Program-made: the position numbers and the translations under genes
Assembly: GCA_035402825.1 (NCBI GenBank)
Contig: DAONDZ010000006.1
Location: 1-53,144 of the forward strand
Reading direction: 5' to 3'
Length of the DNA: 53,144 bases
From: a bacterium
Lineage (GTDB): Bacteria > Patescibacteriota > Patescibacteriia > Patescibacteriales > UBA12465
Shown: positions 48,043 through 53,144 of the stretch, piece after piece
Layout of the letters: each line of letters starts with the position of its first letter
Numbering within the stretch: position 1 is the first letter of the stretch
The notes under the pieces: generated by a model
Databases searched by the model: none
Told to the model about the DNA's origin: nothing
Seen by the model: the letters and a program-made list of their open reading frames with translations, nothing else

Positions 48043-49484
48043 AAAAAACTTTTGCCGCCAAATCTTGGTTGGTTTTTTGCTTAATTGCAATAATCGAAAT
48101 GTTTTCTTTCTTCGGTTATTATTTTCCCCAATTTAATGAAGCCGCTTTCTTCATTATCATCGCTGTGGTGATAGTGGCCGCTTGTGAAGATTTAGCTCTG
48201 GGCGTCGGAGTCCTATTAGCCGAACTCTTTTTGGGATCTAAGGGCTATTTATTTCATCTGGATGTTTGTGGCTTTCAGATTTCTTGGCGCATAGCCCTTT
48301 GGGCCGTGGTGATGGCTATTTGGGCGTTTAAGGCCATTAAAAGACGTCTTCAGGACCAGGAGGAGCTGGTGACGGCAGACCAGCATGATTTTCTCAAGCC
48401 CTATTTATTACTATTATTTTTTGTGATTATCGGCGCCGTGAATGGACTAGTCCGAGGGCATAGTTTGAATAATTGGTTTTTAGATTTAAACGGCTGGATT
48501 TATTTCACTTTGATTTTTCCGTTATATGAAATCTTTATCAAAAAAGATAAGGCTATTAATTGGCAAAGACTTAAAGTTCTTTTTTATGCCGCCATGTATT
48601 TCTTATGTCTCAAAACCATTTTGGTATTTTTGCTATTGAAATATGGCCAAGGTGATTTCGCTTTAGATATTTATCGCTGGGTGCGCACTAGCGGAGTGGG
48701 GGAGGTGACCATTACCGATACCGAATTTTATCGCACTTTTTTCCAATCCCAAATTTTTATCATCGCCGTATTAATTATTGATTTCTTCTCTTATATCAGC
48801 GCCATCGCCCAGAAGAAAATATCTTTAGCTAGGTTGAGCCGCTATTATTTTAATTTTATTTTGTTTACCGGAGTGATTCTAATCAGCCTTTCCCGCAGCT
48901 TCTGGTTTGGACTAGGGTTGGCGATGCTCACGGCCTTGGTGTTGATATTAATCCGAGAAGGAAAAAAGATCTTCTGGCATTCTACCAGCTTCATCGTTAT
49001 TTCCACCTTAGCCGCCATTGGCTTAGTGGCTCTTCTGGCTTGGACCGCTCCGCAAGATTTCTTGATGCGAACGAATATTAACAAGAATGAACCGGCGGTA
49101 GCTTCTCGCTGGGCATTGTTGGCTAAAATAGGTGAGGAGATAAAAGAAGCGCCAATTTTGGGTCAGGGATTTGGGGCCACCATTACTTATCTCAGCAAAG
49201 ACCCGCGGGTTAACGGCGAATATACCACCTATGCCTTTGAGTGGGGCTGGCTGGATGTTTGGCTAAAGTTAGGTCTTTTGGGGCTATTAACCTATTTGTT
49301 TATTTTTGTCCAGAATATTTATGCCGGGTTGAAATCTAAGGATTATATGGCCAATGCCGTAGCGATTACTCTCTTGGCTCTGGGATTAGTGAATATTTTT
49401 AGTCCTTATGTCAACCACCCCTTGGGCATCGGTTTGCTCTTATTGGGGGCCTTGGCTATTGTCACCAAGCAAAAGATAAGGTAA
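48039..49484 (+). CDS. O-antigen ligase / Wzy-like polytopic membrane protein
   Basis: 481 aa, about 11-12 TM helices with one larger loop (NKNEPAVASRWALLAKIGEEIKEAPILGQGFG), resembling Wzy_C/O-antigen ligase family proteins. Confidence 0.7.
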   Translation: MKKTFAAKSWLVFCLIAIIEMFSFFGYYFPQFNEAAFFIIIAVVIVAACEDLALGVGVLLAELFLGSKGYLFHLDVCGFQISWRIALWAVVMAIWAFKAIKRRLQDQEELVTADQHDFLKPYLLLLFFVIIGAVNGLVRGHSLNNWFLDLNGWIYFTLIFPLYEIFIKKDKAINWQRLKVLFYAAMYFLCLKTILVFLLLKYGQGDFALDIYRWVRTSGVGEVTITDTEFYRTFFQSQIFIIAVLIIDFFSYISAIAQKKISLARLSRYYFNFILFTGVILISLSRSFWFGLGLAMLTALVLILIREGKKIFWHSTSFIVISTLAAIGLVALLAWTAPQDFLMRTNINKNEPAVASRWALLAKIGEEIKEAPILGQGFGATITYLSKDPRVNGEYTTYAFEWGWLDVWLKLGLLGLLTYLFIFVQNIYAGLKSKDYMANAVAITLLALGLVNIFSPYVNHPLGIGLLLLGALAIVTKQKIR

Positions 49485-49517
49485 TATTATTATCGATATT
49501 TATAACTAATTAAAAAT

Positions 49518-49982
49518 ATGCCAGAACAACAAATCATTTCTCGCGAAGGGTATAACAAGCTCAAGGATGAGTTGGATAATCTCAGCACTGTGAAGCGCCG
49601 TGAAATTGCTGATCGGATAGAAAAGGCTAAAGAATTAGGAGATTTGAGCGAGAACGCTGAGTATAGCGAAGCCAAAGATGCCCAGGCTTTAAACGACGGC
49701 CGCATCATTGAGCTTATGGCTATCTTGAAAAATGTTACGGTGGTAGACAATGTTCCGGCTAAAAGCAATACAGTAGCCATGGGATCAACCGTAACAGTGA
49801 AGTCCGGCGACCAGGAAAAGGAGTATACTATCGTCAGTTTCAATGAAGCTAATCCCAGCGACGGCAAAATCTCTAATGAATCGCCTTTGGGTATGGCATT
49901 TTTGAATAAGTCTAAGGGAGACGAAGTTAAGGTCTCCACTCCGAAGGGTGAAATGAAATATAAAATTGTGGCTGTTAAATAA
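49518..49982 (+). CDS. greA: transcription elongation factor GreA
   Basis: 154 aa. LSENAEYSEAKD acidic finger-tip motif and a C-terminal FKBP-like domain (ISNESPLGMAFLNKSKGDEVKV). Confidence 0.92.
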   Translation: MPEQQIISREGYNKLKDELDNLSTVKRREIADRIEKAKELGDLSENAEYSEAKDAQALNDGRIIELMAILKNVTVVDNVPAKSNTVAMGSTVTVKSGDQEKEYTIVSFNEANPSDGKISNESPLGMAFLNKSKGDEVKVSTPKGEMKYKIVAVK

Positions 49983-49983
49983 T

Positions 49984-51465
49984 ATGTCAGAGATTATTTC
50001 CAATCCTATCAACGAGCGCGAAGAACGGTTAAAGAAATTAGCCGCCCTGAAAGCTCTGCCCCTTGACCCTTATCCGGCTAGCGCTCGGAGAGAGGTGGCT
50101 TTGGCTGAGGTGATGGCTAATTTTCCCAAGTTACTTAAAAGCGGCGCCAAAGTTTATGTGGCCGGCCGTTTGCGGGGTGTTCGCAGCCATGGCAATTTAA
50201 CATTCGCTCATTTGCAGGACGGCAAAGAATTGATGCAAATCGCTTTATCTAAAAAAGATATCGGTGATGAGTTGTATAAAAGATTTATCAAATTAATTGA
50301 TACCGGTGATTTTATCGCCATTCAAGCCTATTGCTTTGAGACTCACAAAGGGGAACCGAGCCTGATGGTGGAAGATTGGCAACTATTATCCAAATCTTTG
50401 CGCCCTCTGCCGGAAAAATGGCATGGATTGTCCGATGACGAAGAGAGACTACGCAAACGATATTTGGATATTATGTTCAATCCTGATGTCTATGAAATGG
50501 TGGAAAAAAGATCCAAGTTTTGGAATGCTACCCGCAAATTTTTAGCCGATCGTGGCTTCTTGGAAGTGGAAACTCCGGTTTTGGAAACCACAGCCGGCGG
50601 GGCTGACGCCAAACCGTTTATCACTTTCCATAATGCTTTAAATATCGGTGTCTATCTCCGTATTTCCATGGGTGAACTGTGGCAGAAGAAATTGATGGTG
50701 GCCGGGTTTCCAAAAACCTTTGAAATTGGCCGACAATTTAGAAATGAAGGCATGGATGCCGAGCACTTGCAGGACTATACTCAAATGGAGTTCTATTGGG
50801 CCTATGCCAACTATCAAGACGGCATGAAATTAGTGGAAGAGATGTATAAATATATTGCTCAGGAATCATTTGGCACCATGAAGTTCAAGATCAAGGATTT
50901 TGATATCAATCTTGACCAAAAATGGGAAATATATGACTATCGCGATACCGTGAAGCAATATACCGGCGTGGATATCCTTTCGGCCACTGAGGAGGAGATT
51001 AAGGCTAAATTGGACGAACTAGAGGTTAAATATGATGAGAAGGGATTCAATATCACTAGAGCGATTGATAATCTTTGGAAATATTGCCGCAAGCAGATTG
51101 CCGGCCCGGGATTTTTGGTGGGCGTGCCCATCACTGTTTCACCTTTGGCCAAAAGAGATGAAAATAATCCGGATCTAGCTCAGAGATTCCAAGTGATTAT
51201 CGCCGGTTCAGAATTAGGTAATGGATACAGCGAGTTAAATGATCCGGTGGATCAGGAATCTCGTTTCTTAGAACAACAGAAACTACGGGAAGCCGGAGAT
51301 GAGGAGGCTCAGATGCATGATCATGATTTTGTGGAAGCTTTAGAATATGGCATGCCGCCGACTTGCGGTTTCGGCATGAGTGAGAGAGTCTTTAGTTTCT
51401 TTATGAATAAATCAGCCCGAGAATGCCAAATTTTCCCGCTGATGAAACCTAAAACAGATAAATAG
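49984..51465 (+). CDS. lysS: lysine--tRNA ligase, class II
   Basis: OB-fold N-domain and class II motifs (FEIGRQFRNEG; GGADAKPF; GFGMSERV). The ATG at 49984 lies 1 nt after the greA stop. The track start at 49966 overlaps greA. Confidence 0.93.
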   Translation: MSEIISNPINEREERLKKLAALKALPLDPYPASARREVALAEVMANFPKLLKSGAKVYVAGRLRGVRSHGNLTFAHLQDGKELMQIALSKKDIGDELYKRFIKLIDTGDFIAIQAYCFETHKGEPSLMVEDWQLLSKSLRPLPEKWHGLSDDEERLRKRYLDIMFNPDVYEMVEKRSKFWNATRKFLADRGFLEVETPVLETTAGGADAKPFITFHNALNIGVYLRISMGELWQKKLMVAGFPKTFEIGRQFRNEGMDAEHLQDYTQMEFYWAYANYQDGMKLVEEMYKYIAQESFGTMKFKIKDFDINLDQKWEIYDYRDTVKQYTGVDILSATEEEIKAKLDELEVKYDEKGFNITRAIDNLWKYCRKQIAGPGFLVGVPITVSPLAKRDENNPDLAQRFQVIIAGSELGNGYSELNDPVDQESRFLEQQKLREAGDEEAQMHDHDFVEALEYGMPPTCGFGMSERVFSFFMNKSARECQIFPLMKPKTDK

Positions 51466-51466
51466 T

Positions 51467-52252
51467 ATGATTAATGTCGAACACTTAACCAAAAGTTTCA
51501 ATGATTTTGTGGCGGTCAATGATATTTCTTTTTCGGCTAAAGCCGGGGAAATAGTGGCTTTTTTAGGGCCCAACGGAGCCGGCAAAACCACCACTATCAA
51601 GATGCTCACCACAGTTCTGCGACCGACTAGCGGGAAAATAACCATCAACGGCTTTGATCCAATTAATGAGCAGGATAAAGTGCGGCAATCATTCGGCATT
51701 GTTTTTCAAGATGCCAGTTTAGACGATGAGCTCACCGCGTCAGAAAATATGAATATCCACGCTGTGCTCTATAAGGTGCCGGGGACGGAAAAGAAAAAAA
51801 AGATTCAGGAACTTTTGGAATTTGTGGAGCTTTGGGACAAGCGCAAGAAGCTGGTGAAAACTTTCTCCGGCGGTATGAAGAGACGCTTGGAAATAGCTAA
51901 AGGACTATTGCATCACCCCAAGGTTTTGTTTTTAGACGAACCAACTCAAGGATTAGATCCCCAGAACAGGAATCATATCTGGCAATATATTGAGTCAATG
52001 AGCCAGAAAGAGAATATGACCGTTTTTTTCACCACTCACTATATTGAAGAAGCTGAAAAAATGGCTGACCGGGTGATAATCATTGATCATGGCCAGATAA
52101 TTGACAGCGGTACTCCGGAAGAATTAATGGCTAAGAGCGGCAAAGATAATTTGGAAGATGTCTTTATCGCTTTAACCGGATCAAAAATTAGAGAAGAAGA
52201 AGCTAGCGGTTTGGATTCCATGCGCCAGCGCCGTTTAGCCAGACGACATTAA
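51467..52252 (+). CDS. ABC transporter ATP-binding protein (ABC-2/DrrA-like exporter)
   Basis: 261 aa. Walker A GPNGAGKTT, signature FSGGMKRRL, Walker B VLFLDEPT. Confidence 0.92.
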   Translation: MINVEHLTKSFNDFVAVNDISFSAKAGEIVAFLGPNGAGKTTTIKMLTTVLRPTSGKITINGFDPINEQDKVRQSFGIVFQDASLDDELTASENMNIHAVLYKVPGTEKKKKIQELLEFVELWDKRKKLVKTFSGGMKRRLEIAKGLLHHPKVLFLDEPTQGLDPQNRNHIWQYIESMSQKENMTVFFTTHYIEEAEKMADRVIIIDHGQIIDSGTPEELMAKSGKDNLEDVFIALTGSKIREEEASGLDSMRQRRLARRH

Positions 52253-52262
52253 TTTATATTTT

Positions 52263-53009
52263 ATGCAAATCATTTATATATTGTGGCTCAGACAATTAAA
52301 GCGCTATTTCCGTTCTAAGGCGAGAATTATCGGCTCTTTAGGTCAGCCATTATTATTCATGTTCGCCTTTGGGTTCGGCTTTGGCAGTATCTACAGCCAG
52401 GCCGGAGAAGGGGATTACATCCAATTCTTAGTGCCGGGAGTTATTTGTATGACCATTCTATTTACTTCCGTCTTTTCTGGATTGGAGATAATTTGGGATA
52501 GACAATTCGGTTTCTTGAAAGAAATGTTGGTGGCCCCAGTGCCGCGTTTGAAGATTATGATCGGCCGTTCTTTGGGCGGCGCCACTCTAGCCGTCTTGCA
52601 AGGTGTCTTAGTTTTAGGTTTGTCTTTCTTGGTGGGGTTCAGATTGCATAATCCTTGGGGGTTAATTCCAGCCATTGGGTTCATGTTCTTAATCGCTTTC
52701 CTCTTCACCCTTTTTGGTACCGCCATTGCCTCACGGCTCAAGGATGCCCAGGGTTTCCAATTAATTATGAACTTCTTGGTGATGCCGATGCTTTTCCTTT
52801 CCGGGGCCTTTTTCCCCATAGATATCCTTCCTAAGACTGTTTATACCATTATTAGCCTTAACCCCTTAGCCTATGGCGTAGATGCCATTAGAGGGGCTTT
52901 GGTGGGGCTTAATCATTTTCCACAGTTCACTAGTTTGTCAATTTTGACAATTATTACCATTTTGCTATTATTTATCAGTAGTCTTCTGTTTTCCAAGATA
53001 GAAGCCTAA
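52263..53009 (+). CDS. ABC-2 type transporter permease
   Basis: 248 aa, 6 TM helices. Adjacent to the ATPase. Confidence 0.85.
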   Translation: MQIIYILWLRQLKRYFRSKARIIGSLGQPLLFMFAFGFGFGSIYSQAGEGDYIQFLVPGVICMTILFTSVFSGLEIIWDRQFGFLKEMLVAPVPRLKIMIGRSLGGATLAVLQGVLVLGLSFLVGFRLHNPWGLIPAIGFMFLIAFLFTLFGTAIASRLKDAQGFQLIMNFLVMPMLFLSGAFFPIDILPKTVYTIISLNPLAYGVDAIRGALVGLNHFPQFTSLSILTIITILLLFISSLLFSKIEA

Positions 53010-53021
53010 TAATATACGCTT

Positions 53022-53092
53022 TCGGGGATCGTCTAATGGTAGGACAGCAGGTTCTGGACCTGTTAATCGGGGTTCGAATCCCTGTCCCCGAG
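53022..53092 (+). tRNA. tRNA-Gln (anticodon CUG)
   Basis: Hand-folded cloverleaf. Acceptor 53022-28/53085-91 (U1:A72), D stem 31-34/42-45 with a GG loop, anticodon stem 47-51/59-63, loop UUCUGGA, T arm with TTCGAAT loop, discriminator G. CCA is not encoded. Confidence 0.85.
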
Positions 53093-53105
53093 CAAAAATA
53101 CAGAG

Positions 53106-53129
53106 ATGAGCCGAAAGGCTCATTTTTGT
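53106..53129 (+). terminator. rho-independent terminator after tRNA-Gln
   Basis: atgagcc / gaaa / ggctcat followed by ttttgtt. Confidence 0.7.
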
Positions 53130-53144
53130 TATAGAAAAGTGGTT

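Noticed and set aside
49490-49939. A 149-aa minus-strand ORF fully antisense to greA. Similar antisense or shadow ORFs occur at 3581-3913, 5324-5797, 22764-23168, 31369-31704, 40535-40969, 41222-41656, 52415-52819 and elsewhere.
   Set aside because: Each lies entirely inside a gene with unmistakable conserved motifs on the other strand, and their products are low-complexity with no motifs. These are typical shadow ORFs.
1-53144. Checked for CRISPR arrays, IS elements, transposases, integrases, phage genes, rRNA operons and alternative genetic code (UGA recoding as in some CPR lineages).
   Set aside because: None was seen. There are no direct-repeat/spacer arrays and no DDE, tyrosine or serine recombinase motifs. 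TGA clearly functions as a stop at the ATGA junctions at 42802, 47341 and 48039. All long ORFs close under the standard code.

Overview
Gene-dense 53.1-kb bacterial window with about 58 protein genes and one tRNA, mostly on the plus strand, with very short or overlapping junctions. It uses the standard genetic code: TGA acts as a stop at the ATGA overlaps at 47341 and 48039. I found no rRNA, CRISPR array, transposase, integrase or prophage signature. Several traits together suggest a small-genome Patescibacteria/CPR-like organism, but this is inference only. These traits are a secretin-less type IV pilus operon, many receiver-only response regulators, many small membrane proteins, trimmed repair proteins, an H+-pyrophosphatase and almost no Shine-Dalgarno motifs. 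Gene order is as follows. (1) 360-8501: small membrane or secreted proteins, a histidine phosphatase, an ArsM-like methyltransferase, two GNATs, a fused membrane/spermidine-synthase-like protein, a C39-like peptidase, and NUDIX plus a deoxyribosyltransferase-like protein. (2) 8601-9461: a stand-alone mTERF-like repeat protein. (3) 9500-16701: glgP, flavodoxin, a Cache-PAS sensor without output, an HI0933-type flavoprotein, a 45-aa Cys-rich peptide, a PRTase-like protein, a NOX/ferric-reductase-like enzyme and an orphan minus-strand ORF. (4) 16841-23265: a type IV pilus operon with receiver, PilB, PilC, four minor pilins (one fused to an LVIVD beta-propeller) and a major pilin. (5) 23326-30983: a signalling island with three PAS histidine kinases, three receiver-only regulators, a 3D-domain protein and an ankyrin-repeat protein. 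(6) 31061-38214: rarA, rlmH and a colinear uvrB-uvrA-uvrC operon of domain-trimmed proteins. (7) 38273-43951: PspC and Gmad2 envelope proteins, a membrane pyrophosphatase, small unknown proteins and a SIMPL protein. (8) 43999-49484: an OmpR regulator plus a Wzx/GT4/GT2/O-antigen-ligase-like glycan cluster. (9) 49518-53092: greA, lysS, an ABC-2 exporter and tRNA-Gln(CUG). The findings I rank highest are the mTERF-like protein, the propeller-bearing pilin, the kinase-receiver-ankyrin operon, the minimised UvrABC set, the metallothionein-like peptide, the NOX-like enzyme, and a recurring extended -10/leaderless promoter architecture with embedded ATAGC/GCTAT palindromes. All domain calls come from motif recognition by eye. 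No database search was run.
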